A stretch of 64,000 nucleotides of DNA from Lama guanicoe (taxonomy: Eukaryota): the NCBI GenBank assembly GCA_013239625.1, contig MU054323.1:248001-312000 (forward strand). The letters are read 5' to 3'. The number at the start of each line of letters is the position of its first letter. Position 1 is the first letter of the stretch. The notes beneath the pieces are model-generated. The model did not search any database. It saw nothing but the letters and a program-made list of their open reading frames with translations, and was not told where the DNA came from. Shown in pieces: positions 51,301 to 63,426 of the stretch. Position numbers and translations under genes: made by a program.

Positions 51301-52350
51301 TCTGGGAGGCATAAGGAAAAGAAGTTGTATTTTCCAAACCCTGAAGCAATACTAATTTTCTCTTCACATCTATTTCCCTGAGTCTTTTCTCCCCCCAACT
51401 CTGTTGATAGATATTATATAATCACATTGTTTAAATATTTGAGATGGTGATTACACTACCATTCAATTTTAATTGCTACCTCTGTTAACATTGTCAGACA
51501 TTCTCAAGCAAAATTAATTAGGACCAAACAATTGATTGATGGTCTTTAAAATTCAAACCTTTCAGAAACTAACCAGTTTCCTAACCCAGCACCATAGCTG
51601 CACAATGAATTTAGACCATAGAACTTATCACTTCAAGGACATTGTCCCCTAAGGCCTCATGTTAGTCTTACCAATAATAAATAAAAATGCAAAATACACA
51701 GTTAAGAATCACAGAATTTAGTTTTATAGAAAAATCTCTTCTCTAGCAAGTCTGATGCTTCACTCGCCTCTCTGAATCCTGTGACAGTCACCTCAGTCCC
51801 TACGAGACAGCCCCCTCCATTGTTGGCTTGTTCTAGTTGTTACCAAATTCCTTCTCAGATTGTTAAGACTGGGAACTCTAGCCCCAGACATCTCCTCCTG
51901 TCACTTGTAAATTTCACTTTCTGGAGCAACACAGAAAAATATCATTTCCAATCTGAAGATTCCTTTGAGAACTGAGTCCCCATGGATGGGGAAAAAAATG
52001 GACTTACCAGATGCCATCCTCTGCTCCCCAGTGCTCTGTTGGGGTAAGGCTCCCTGGAGTTCTATAGCAGACTTCATGTTACTCAGTAGTGGTGTTAAGT
52101 CTACAAGACTTAGAGGATTTGAGAAATCTTTGAGAAGGAGTTCTAAATAGATTTGTCAGTTGCTGGGGCTTCATTTAAATGTAATTCACATAAAGTGCAC
52201 CCTGAGATCTACCTATTCCAGTGTCATCTGGGGAAGATGTGTGTCAGCATTGAGAGACGAGAGTTACCATGCTATACTGAATATTTTAAAATCAGATCTT
52301 TTGTACAAGTGTGTATATATATATTTTTAAAAATTTTTAAATTAAAAAAA

Positions 52351-52477
52351 TTTTTTTTGGAGGGGAAGTAATTAGGTTCTTTAATTTATTTATCTTTTAA
52401 TGGAAGTACTGGAGATTGAACCCAGGCCCTTGTGCATGCTAGGCAGGCACTCTACCACTGAACTATGCTTTCCCCCC
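52351..52477 (-). mobile_element. Vic-1-type camelid tRNA-derived SINE
   Basis: Minus strand reads ggggaaagcatagttcagtggtagagtgcctgcctagcatgcacaagggcctgggttcaatctccagtac.. with A and B boxes, then acctaattacttcccc + A tail. Confidence 0.85.
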
Positions 52478-52629
52478 TGAATGAGTATATATTGATTATA
52501 AATTTAAAAATTATGTTACGAGGTTTAGTACAATCTTTAAGAGAGAATCAGGGCACCTGCAGAGAGGTACCTTAATAAACAAATGTGCACTTTGGTCAGA
52601 TTGAGTCAGATTGTGCTGGGTTAGAATTC

Positions 52630-52845
52630 CAGTATGCAGAATAGATAAACAAGATTATACTGTATAGCACAAGGAAATATATACAAGATCTTGTGGTAGC
52701 TCATAGCGAAAAAAAATGTGACAATGAATATATGTATGTTTGTGTATAACTGAAAAATTGTGCTCTACACTGGAATTTGACACAACATTGTAAAATGACT
52801 ATAACTCAATAAAAAAAAGTTAAAAAAACCCCCAAAAAACAAAAA
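52630..52845 (+). mobile_element. Camelid-type L1 3' end
   Basis: Near-identical to 37275-37465; A-rich tail. Confidence 0.85.
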
Positions 52846-53189
52846 ACATTGTGACCTTAGGCCTTAGCTTCCTCAGGTGGAAAATAAAAATTATTAACCT
52901 TGCCAGGTTGGAGTGAGGATTCAGTGAGAAAAATGTCTCTCATGTGCCTGGCATTTAGCCTGGGATGTAGCAGGTGCTCTATGAAGACAGTGATTAGGAC
53001 AGTAGATTCCAATTTTAAACATGAGAGAGAATGTGCATGTAACGTATTTAGAAAATTAAATAGTAAGAACAGATATAACACTCTATTAAAATATATTTCA
53101 AGGCCATATGTTTCAAATGCCTGCTGATATTTAAAATTTTGTTAATTTAAAAAGTAATCTTAAGTTTTCCTTTTTAATTAAAAAAATGT

Positions 53190-53510
53190 TTAAGACTCAT
53201 AGCCATAGAAAACAAACTTGTGGTTACCAGGGGCAAAAGTGGCAGTGGAGGGATAAACTGGGAATTCTGCATTTGTAGATATACACTACTGTATATAAAA
53301 TAGATAAACAACAAGGTCCTACTATATAGCACAGGGAACTAACTATTCAATAACTTGTAATGGCCTATAATGAAAAAGAATATGAAAAGGAATATATATA
53401 TATGTATAAATGAATCACTATGCTGTACACCAGAAATTAACCCATTGTAAATCAACTATACTTCAATAAAAAAAAGAGATTAAAAAAGTGCTCTTTTCAA
53501 AAAAAAAAAT
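53190..53510 (+). mobile_element. Artiodactyl L1 3' UTR fragment
   Basis: gactcatagccatagaaaacaaacttgtggttacc..aacaaggtcctactatatagcacagggaact..aatcaactatacttcaataaa. Confidence 0.85.
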
Positions 53511-55471
53511 TAAATAAGTAATAACCACTCATGGTTTTAAAAAAATTCAAACAATAGAAAAATAAGTCCAAATTCTCTCACCATCCCTCAGTCTCAATCC
53601 TTCATCCCAGCCTCCAACAAGTCCACTAAACAGTTTGGTGTATAACCTTTTAGATATGCAGATATAAGCACATAGGAAGTTTTTCCCTGAAAAATGAGCT
53701 TATGCTATACGTTGTTCTGTATATTATTCATAGCCATATATTATTGTGATGGATTTTATAGAAGGGTTTTAGCAGAAATAATGCCAGTGAAATGTGATGT
53801 TTTGAGTCCACAATTCTGAACAGTTGGGTGAAAACGGGAAAACTCGGGTGAAACATCTGACTATTTCGTCTCTAAAATACGGCAGAGATCCAGACAGCAG
53901 GTGGGGAAGTAATCCAGATAAGATAATTAGGGAATTCTGAATGAGTGGGGATTCTTTCTGTCATATCGACAGTCACCCCTACAGTGACATGGCACTTTGT
54001 CATTCAGGTCACTGTTGGCACTGGCAGCAATCCTGCAAAGATAGAGGGACCAATGATTCCATTTTGAGCCCAAGGAGACTGAAGTTCAAAGAGGCGTCCA
54101 CGGAGCTGGGAGGCCAGGAGTTAGTAGCGAGGTGGAGGACAGGGGGTGTGTCTGGCTGCTTGACAAACCTGCTTTTTCCTCAGCAGACTCATCCAGGTCC
54201 TCAGGCAGCAGAGGGACCTAAAAAGGAGCAGAGTGACCCCGTGGCATCTGACCTCATGTCTTGTGCAGAACGGAGGCTCCTTCCTCAATTTTGGAGGAAT
54301 ATTCTTCTGGGACACCTGGCTTAAAGGCTGGGCTCCTCTTCATCTGAACACAGTTGTCCATGGTCCACAGTGTTTGGTGAGCATCTCCGACGTGCCTGTG
54401 CCCCGTGTTTGAAATCACCTGATGCAGGACAGTGGAGCCTGCACTGGCGGGCAGCTGGGCTTCTGTCCCAACATGGGCATGTGTACCCCTCTTGGGATGC
54501 TGTCACCCCAGCTGCCTGAGGAGTGGCTTGGGCTAGAGAAGCTCCTCCTGGCTTGGAACTGGGGTGGCCGGGGCCTCCGTGAGGATAGAGAGGTGAAGGG
54601 GACCTCGGTCACTCTCGGGTCCACAGGGTGAGAATCCCAGCATCCATCCTCATGGTTTCAAAGGTGAGCAGAGAGCCTGGAATCACCTAAGGCTGCCTTT
54701 GGGTTTTAATGGGGCAGTTAGGGAAAAGGCGACAAGAGATGGCATCTGGCATTGGGTGATGATGCTTGGAAAATTTGCCAAGCTGTGCAGCCCTGTCTTC
54801 TCAGTGGAAGTTAGGTAAGATGCTGTGGATAGCCAGCCTGCCCCTCTGACAGCATCCACGGGGCCCCTGAGGGTCTGGCGCTTCTTGGTTCAGATTAGCA
54901 GGGATGGACCGGAAGGCCATCTCTCTGGGGTGCTCACAGAGGGGATCATCACTCTTGTCTGGTAATCTTGTGGGTCAGGGGTCTTTCGTGAGGCAGAGGG
55001 GAGAAGCTGACTGGCAGGGCCTTGTCTTCCTTCTCCCCAGTCTCCCCCGAAGCTTGGACTGTGAGAAATGAGTATCCGATGGAGAGAAAGACAATCGTCT
55101 TTGGGAGCCGAAGCTAGTTCTGCACAAAAGGTGACGTTGTCAGGGCTCCCACCTCCAGGAGGCAGTGAGAACCTTGCTGAGCTGCGCTGTGTCTCTGAAG
55201 GAGCCCCAGCCCCTGGATCAGGGTGGGGAGGGGTGTCGTTTTGAGGAGCCTGGAGCCAGTGTCTTCTCTCAGCCCTCCGCGTGCGAGAACTGCCCACGTC
55301 ACCCTCACACCTGATCATTTCATTCCTTCCTCGTGAAACGAAATGCGCCACAGCCCTGAACCCCTCACCAGAGAACGGAGACAAGTGCAGATTTCAACAG
55401 CAGGAAGGGATGAAAGGCAGAAACTTCGGCTGGTTTCTTGAGAAAGTGCTAGGGTTTTATGTGTGGACTTT

Positions 55472-55632
55472 TTTTTTAACTTTTTTTTTTATTGAGTTAT
55501 AGTCATTTTACAATGTTGTGTCAAATTCCAGTGTAGAGCACACTTTTTCAGTTATACACGAACATACATATATTCATTGTCACATTTTTTTCTCACTGTG
55601 AGCTACCACGAGATCATGTATATCTTTCCCAG
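55472..55632 (-). mobile_element. Short young camelid L1 3' insertion with a perfect 15-bp TSD
   Basis: TSD ttatgtgtggacttt at 55457-55471 and 55633-55647; poly(T) tail. Confidence 0.9.
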
Positions 55633-56379
55633 TTATGTGTGGACTTTCATGTATCTAAACATGTGACTTTTGATCTGGGTTTGAAAATCCTAAAGACGCC
55701 TAGAGGTCCCTCTAGAGGGAGCCAAAAGGAGGCCGAGAAAGTGGGGTTCAGGGTCCCTTATCTTCTATCAACCAGAGCCATTCCACATTTATCTCATTTA
55801 AAAAAAATTCAAGCTTAGTATAAAAGTTATTTAATTATTATTTTTAAATAAAGGGTTTTGGTGCTACAATCAAACTTGAAAATGACAGGTCTGTCACCTG
55901 ATTTTTCCGGAGGACGCTGGTTCTGACATTCTGCACGTACAGAGCTCATTCCACAGATATTTACTGAGCACTTCCTTTGTGCCAGGTACAAACTATGCAT
56001 CATGAAAAATCAAAAGGTCTAATAAACGCCCCCCTGCCCTTGAAGAGGTTATCTGGTGCTGAGTGGTACAGGTTATAGGCCACGGGGGAGTGGGGGCAGG
56101 GTGAGGGTGGGCAGAGGAGTGGAAAGAGTGTGGGCCTAGAGGCACAAGGACAATGGGTTTCTATCTTTCAGTGGTCTGATTCCTAAGAGCTGCAGCCACA
56201 GACACAGTTCTCTTCAAGACACCTCTCTTTCTCTCTAGACTTTTTTTCAGTATCTTCAGCTCAGGAGGCTTCTTTGACACAGCCATAGTTTGCTTTCTTT
56301 TTCCCAAACCATTTCATCCAACTGGAGGTCTCCTTAATCCAGTCGGAGGTTGTAACAAAGGGAATCATAGAGGTGTTCT

Positions 56380-56540
56380 TGATTTGTTTCTTTATCCCCA
56401 TAAAGAGCTACTACTCTAGTAAGGATGCTGTAGCTATAACATGAAAAGGGAGCACAAAAGAAGCTGTTGTTATATCAAGCCACTGAGATTTAGGAATTGT
56501 TTGTTGCTGTAGCATAACTTTACTCATCCTGACTAATACG
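56380..56540 (+). mobile_element. Old MLT1 LTR 3' end
   Basis: aagccactgagatttaggaattgtttgttgctgtagcataac..cctgactaatac. Confidence 0.6.
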
Positions 56541-57429
56541 ATTTCTCTAATCTTATATCCTGGTCAAACTCCTGTTTCTTATCCCATAGCTAAATCTCCC
56601 AGTTTGTGAAGTCATGTTCCACTCCTCCAGATGGAGGTGAAGGGTCTTCCTTCTGTGCGCACAATATATTATACCATACAATAAGTTTAACTGAACTGTC
56701 TGTGTCTTTGTCTATCATTCCCACTGGCTTGTATATACCTTGAGAGCACAAGTTTTAAGTCATATATGTGTGTTTGTTGATAGACTGAATGACCGCAAGT
56801 ATAGTATTTGGAAATTGCTTCTTAAAGCCTAGCATTTAATTGCTCATTTCTGAGCTGCAAAGAAACAGTCTGTCACTGTGTAAGTGACAAGGTGAAATTG
56901 TCAGCATCTGACTGACAGTTCGGGTTTAGGTATATGAAAGTTTGAAATTAAAGGGGTTAGAAGAAAGAGTCTGTAAGATTTCTTTAGACTCTAACAGCCA
57001 ATGCCCTGGGAGCACTGCCGAACCAGACGGAAACCTTCCTTAGTGAGTGTCAGGGAATAAAGCAGTCTTCCACACTGAAAACAATTTGTTAGCATTTACA
57101 AGTTCCCATTTTCTGTAGTTTAACTTCTAATTGGTTTCTTCTTTTGTGCTAAGAATGCCATCTGTCCCTTTGACAGGTTTTTGGATTTGATACCACTTAC
57201 CAGGAAATATGACCATCATAAGCCTTGTAAGATGATTCTAAAGTGTCCATCCCAAACAGCTCTGCTTTAGTAATTTCACACAGAACCCCTACTATTCCTG
57301 TGTGTATAGATTTTACCATTTTTCAGGCACAGTTTCACCTCCACTGTTTCTAAGAGTTCATAAAATAATGCAAGGTACATGTCTTTATTTTGATTCCAAA
57401 TCTCTTATTTGCTCTATTGTAGTAAAAAG

Positions 57430-57740
57430 GGTATTATTACTCCTATTTGTAAATGGGGAAACTGAGACTCTGGAGGTAGACTTGCTTAAGATATGGAAAC
57501 TACATAGTACCAGGACATTAAACTTAATTTCTGAATCTAAGTCCACTGCTCTAGAGATATAATTTCTACCTTGTGAATAGAAGCAGGGATAGAATTCATT
57601 ATTCCCATTTAATGAACCAAGAAACTGAGACCAAAAGAAGTTAAATGACCACTGTAAGATGCTTCAACAGTTAATTCACAACTCTAGGCTGGAAGCACTC
57701 CACTCCTCTCCCCTTTGATCTTGGGCTCTCACTATTACTA
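57430..57740 (-). mobile_element. Two MIR fragments
   Basis: aatggggaaactgagactc and aagaaactgagaccaaaagaagttaaatgac. Confidence 0.65.
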
Positions 57741-58959
57741 CTTACACTACCTTGACTTTGCAGTAACACCCTCCGAGTCCAGAGTCACCTGGGTCATGGA
57801 CAAGAAAAGAGGGAGGGGAAGCCACCCAGGAGAAGTTCCAGTTGGAGAAAGGATTGTTAACTAGTCCCAGAAAATTAGAGGACCAACTTCAGAAGGCTCA
57901 ACCGGGAACCCAAGTACTGTGGTCTCGATGTCGTATTCGCCATAGGCAGACTGGAGCTGGGACAAAGAGAGAACAAACTTACTGTGTGTCCATTATAAAC
58001 TAGGCACTTTACAGATGCTCCTCTACTCAGCCCTCACAGAATGCTAATTTAATTTAAAGATGGTGAAATTAAAGCTGGGGGTGGCTCTCTGGATTGACTC
58101 AGCTGGCAGAGCTTGCTGGCCCGATGGCCCCTCTGTTGGTGGGGAAGGTTCCTGCCACTTAGGAACTGCTAATCTTGTTAGAAGAGCCACACCTACACAG
58201 GAGCCCGCTAAAGAGCACAGCTGGATTGCGCTAGCTGGCAGTCAAGGATTAACGGAGATTTGGAGGGAAGAGTGGGGTTGGAGAAAAGAAGACCGGAGTC
58301 TCCAGCTGATCTTTGAGGACAGGATCTGAAGCAGAAAAGAAAAAGACTTTCTAGGTTAGGAGTAGCCGTGGGGCATGTCACTAATCACTATTTAAACCCA
58401 AGGAAACCACCCTTTTCGCCCCCGCCCCCCAGCCACAGCAGATATTAGGGTGGGTGTGGGCTATAGGGAATGTCACCGGCATTTAAGGAAATTGATATTA
58501 GCAAGAATCAACGAATGGGCAAACCAGCCATTTGTTGTGTAACCATCAGGAGAGAAGATCTGAAAACCTCAGCTGAGGATATCTGGACACACCCAACCAG
58601 ATTAAATCCTTGAGCCTGGAAAGTGGCCCCAGAAAAAGAAGACGGGAAGTACTGCTCTTTCTAAGGGTCAGTGCCAAATGGATTTGAAGGCCAGATCTGG
58701 AATCAGAATTCTTTCTTGTGGCCTTGACCTGCTCCCGCCAAGACTGGGTTCCCCGCCCTGCAAACCCTCTAGGGCAGCCCATTCAAGTTTGAGGTCTACT
58801 GAGTGAGCGTGTTTGCCTCCCCCGCCTCCTGGAGTCTGGCCCTGAGCAACTTGCTTGTTTCCCAGGACAGCTTTCCCCATCTTGTCTTTTAGCATCAAGA
58901 AAGGTAGGTAAAAAAAATAAAAATAAAAAAGTGCATGAAGGGCCACAAATGACAAAATG

Positions 58960-59115
58960 TCCTTCTTTCTTATGGGTGAGTTGTATTCCATTACATATAT
59001 TTGCCGCATCTTCTTTATCCATTCATCTATTGATGTGCACTTAGGACGCTTCCATATCTTGGCAATTATAAATAATGTTGCTGTTAATAGCAGGGTGTAT
59101 GTATCTTTTTGAATT
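58960..59115 (-). mobile_element. L1 ORF2 C-terminal fragment
   Basis: ttctttatccattcatctattgatgtgcacttagg..ttccatatcttggcaatt. Confidence 0.75.
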
Positions 59116-60179
59116 AATTCTTATTTTGTGGTTGCCTTTATTCCTTTGGTAACTGTGGAAGTTTAAAAAGCTAAAGCCCTGAACGTTCTTAGAAACAACG
59201 AACAATACAAATATGTAAATTTTTAAATATGTATATTACATATGTATTTACATGCAATATATTGTATATTTGCAGTCAAATTGTAACAGCTCTACTTAAT
59301 AAAACTGAAAAATTAAAAAATTAAAAAAAAAGAAAGAAAGAAAAGCAGGTAAATGGGAAGTCTAGCTCTACAGCAGCAATATTCCATCCACGGAGCCCTT
59401 TGCAGTTTGCAAGCCCTTTTTCAGTCACCCCATGTTCGTGTTTTCCCCAAGTCTCTGTAATGTACTAAGCCCAAGAGAAAGCTTCATGGTGAAGGAAATG
59501 GATGCGAAATCAATCTTTGAGGGGAGTACAGAGCCTACTGGACACTTCTCATTTTCTAAATCTATAATTAAATTACTGGCATTCAATGAGGATAATTTTT
59601 GCTGTAAACATAATTGTGCCATTACCAACAAAACTCCCCACCCCCAAAATTCTCTCAATGCTGGATCTCAAATTTTCCTCCAGCCTCAGAAGTCAAAAAT
59701 AAATGTCTTGCCTTGGGCTCATCCACCATCATATCCTTTAAATGGCTTTGGTTGGCCTGATTCTAATCCTAATTAAACCAGTGCCGTTTTGCCTCTTTGA
59801 ACCCACTCTCAGCTGACTCAGTTCAGCACCAGTTTGGTCTGAAAGAATGCCAACCAGTCTGGGAAACAAAGGGGAACTTTGGGGGAGGCTTTTAGGCTTC
59901 TCAAAAGGATCCTTCCCGTCCCCCAAATGATCAGCTTAGTGGTTAGCTGTCCTGGGAAGTAACAAAATATTGTTTTGAAAAATAACCAAATGAGAAATTT
60001 AATTTGCTCTTAATCCCACTGGTTCAAAAATAGCTCATAAAGGAGAAAGTTTCTCCCTCTATGTGATTCCCTTCTTCAGAGTAAATTAGAATTAACAAAT
60101 TGCACATTCCACCTAATTTGTTGCTGGGTTTATGCAGACAAATCTAAGTGCACACATATCCAACATGGCAGTCCGCCGA

Positions 60180-60950
60180 CCTAGATCTTGCTTATTTCCC
60201 TTCAAACTCATGGATATTTCCAAGTCCATACCTAGAGATCTGACACATTTTTAGCGGTTGAACATCATTTCACTGCATGAATATATTAAAATAGATTCAA
60301 CCATTTTCTTATGGATAGGCATTTAGATTATTTACGGCATTTTTGTTATTGAGGACAATGCTGCTACACAGGTTCTTGTTTATGTATTTTTATGTATTTA
60401 TTTTATTATTTCTTGTAGGATGGATTTGGAAAATTGGGATTGCCTTCACTTTGGGGGCTGGAATGCCAACAGTGTAGGAGAGGGCCCCCACCCCCCTTCC
60501 CAGCCTTGCCAACACTTGGGCCAATCTGCTAGACCCAAAAATGTTAATCTCCTAGAGATTTAATTTGCATTTCCCTGACTACTAGTGAAGCTGAGCATCT
60601 TTTCATATGTTTATGGACAATTTGCATTTCCTATTCAGTGAATTACCTACTCTTATCCTGGACCCATATTTCTAACGGGCTGTTTTTCTAGTCAATGTGT
60701 AGGAGCTCTTTGTGAACAGGGGATATACTCTTTGTCTCTTATAGATGAGGCAGGTATTTTTCTATCACACTGTTGTCTTTTGATTCTGTTTAGGATTTGT
60801 TATAATTCTAAGTTAAAATTTTTATTGTCGTCTAATATGTTAACATTTTCCTTCCATGTTTCTGGGCTACCAGTCTTAGAAAGAACTCCAATCTATATTT
60901 TCTTTACTTTTATCCTCTTAGTTTTTCCACTTAACTCTTCAATTTAGGTT
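60180..60950 (-). mobile_element. Degraded L1ME fragment
   Basis: tttaatttgcatttccctgactactagtgaagctgagcatcttttcatatgtttatgg. Confidence 0.7.
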
Positions 60951-62919
60951 TTTAAAAATTAGTTAATTAATTAAATTCTCAGTAACTGGGTAAGTTGGAG
61001 AGCTAGCTTTACTTTATTCTAAATGAAGAGTCAGGGATTTAAAAAGCATTTAATCAGCAAAGATACACTTTTTTTTTTTTTTCCGGCAGGGAGAGACCCA
61101 GTAACATTCCTAGGAGAAACCGTGGTCCCTGAAGCTGGACCCAGAAGATGTTTAACTCATGATCCGGGAAAAACACTGAGAGATTTTTGATCTCCCAGGC
61201 AGTCATGGGTTGGACCTTTCTGAATGTGTGTATGTGGTTTGTTTTTGTTTTAATGAAGAAGAGATTTGTAGACTAAAACATTCTCCTCCCTCAAAAATCT
61301 TATTTATAAACCAAATCCTATATGTTGGTCTATTTCAGGTGTGTCTCCCTCAGCCCATGATAAGCTCATTGAGGCTGAGCCTTCACTCATCTCTGTTCTG
61401 AATCAGGACAGTCGACGCAGGCTGAGCTTGTCTTCCAAGGCATCTAAAGATGTATTTCGTGTGTGTCCCTATAGTCTGAGGGTGTTTCAACAATTTTAAG
61501 AGCAATTCGCAGGTTTCTCTACAAGCAGACGAGGAACCAGCAGGAGCAAGCTTTCTCCATGGACAAAGTCTTTTATCTCTCCATTTGCAAATGAAAGGAC
61601 TAATAAATACTTGTTGAATTTTATCATTCTGTTAAACTTCAAATTCAGACCTGTCAGTAATTACTAGTTTGCATTAAAAGGAGGAGATTAGAGATTGAGG
61701 TCCAGGAAGAATATATGATTTGCTTGGAGGCATACAGAGTAACCAGGTCTGTTCTTTTCCTGCCCCACTTTGTCCCCTGACGGAGGACGAATGACGTGGT
61801 GAAGGCCACGGGTCTGGTGAGAGAGGACAAGGTAGGACTTTTAAGTGTAACAGGGGAGAGGGGGACATCCCGGCCCATTGTAACCATCCTCCAGTCGTTC
61901 TGATAAAAAAGGTGGGGCAGGCAATTCTGAGTGCCCTCCTGGGGCTGCTGCTTTAGAACCTTAAGGTCCTAGAGTGGCATTCATTTCTTTCCTTCTGTTG
62001 CTGATAAACAGAAACTCCCTTCGAAGAGCTGGCTGCTTCTGAAGGACCCATTCAAGCCATCTCTGCCTTGAGTCCTCACTGTATACGCTTACCTGCTTTG
62101 CTCCGAGGATGCTCCCCTGAGCAGAAGAGACACAGGTCTGGTGAGGAAGACAGCATATTTCCTCACAGTTGTCTGGGGAAAGCGGGCATTAAACAAATTC
62201 TCCTGGGCGTATATAATTACAGATGAAGGTTAAGTGTTCTTAAGGAAAATCCAGGATGTTTGGGAGAGAATACAGCAGGAGGGCTTGGTTTAAATTAGGG
62301 GGTTAGGGAAAAGCAGAAAGTGGGGGTGTTAAGGGCTTTTGCAAAGGTTTAGAGCTTTACATATGGGAAGGAAATAATAATAATAAAGGTGTTTGGAAGG
62401 GCAGATCATCCTCTTTCATGGGCCACTTCCTAGGACTCTGGGGTCCTGCTTCTCCCCCAAATTATGTAGGCATCAAGGGCTAGGAAGAACCTTCACAAAT
62501 GCTAATATGTGAGCATTTTACAGTCTGCCCCCTGACCCTCTGCATCCTCACCCGCAACTAGTTTGAATGTGGAGGTGAATGGAGAGGCTGAATGGCATTT
62601 CCAGTTTGGGAAACAGGGTGGAGACGCCTTCCCACCTCAATCCGGGGGCCAGGTCTCCCAACCCCAAACACCCAAAAGGAACATTTTCCAAGAGAAAATC
62701 CCACTTCCTTGTGTATTTGGTTGTGAAGGGAGCAGGCCAGGAGACTCGGGTTGTTCCTGGGGAGTTTTGGGACAAGAGCAAGAATCTCTAACCGTGTCAC
62801 CCCCCAAACACACTTGCAGGAAAGCTTGACCAGAGTGAAGTGAGGATTTGGTAGCCGCGGTGGAGGTGTGGGTGTTGGATGCTAACTTCCCCGGAAGAAT
62901 CCATCAGAATCTGGCAGTA

Positions 62920-63090
62920 ACAATAGCTGACACCCAACACAGGTCCTGTGCTGGGCACTTTCAAGACTATTTCTCAAAACAACCCTATGAGGTAAGCACC
63001 ATTACTAACTCCATTTCACAATTGAGGAAACCGAGGAACACAGAGGTTAAGTAGTGATAGCAGCCTGACTCTGCCTCCAGCACTTTGAAG
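62920..63090 (-). mobile_element. MIR SINE next to the CpG island
   Basis: aaccctatgaggtaag..ccatttcacaattgaggaaaccgaggaacacagaggttaagt. Confidence 0.75.
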
Positions 63091-63426
63091 CCAAAGTTTC
63101 GGAGCGGAGGTTTGGGCTCCAGGAGGTGTGGGCCGCAATTCCTACGTGAACCTGATCCCGCGGGGAAAACGCTGGCTTCCAAAGGTTATCTTGGGAGCCC
63201 ACGGGGACAGTTTCGGGAGCCTCGCACGCATTCCCTTCGGAAGCCGAGCCGAGCTGCCACCTCCCGCGCCGTGGCGGGGAAGGGGGGGACAGTGCGCCGG
63301 GGGCGGCGGGTGGCCCCACATCGTGCTCCCAAGGCCGGGCCCTGCAGCTCAGCTTTCTGCTCGGTCTCCGCGAGGTGTCGCCTTCGGCCGGAGAAACTGC
63401 CGCGGCGCCACCCTCGTAGCCCGCAC

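Noticed and set aside
44000..52000. Possible ortholog of the human lncRNA MYCNUT
   Set aside because: Suggested only by position; I cannot recognise exons from the sequence, so it needs liftOver/RNA-seq
52395..52477. tRNA-like sequence on the minus strand
   Set aside because: SINE head with a SINE tail and degenerate stems, not a functional tRNA gene
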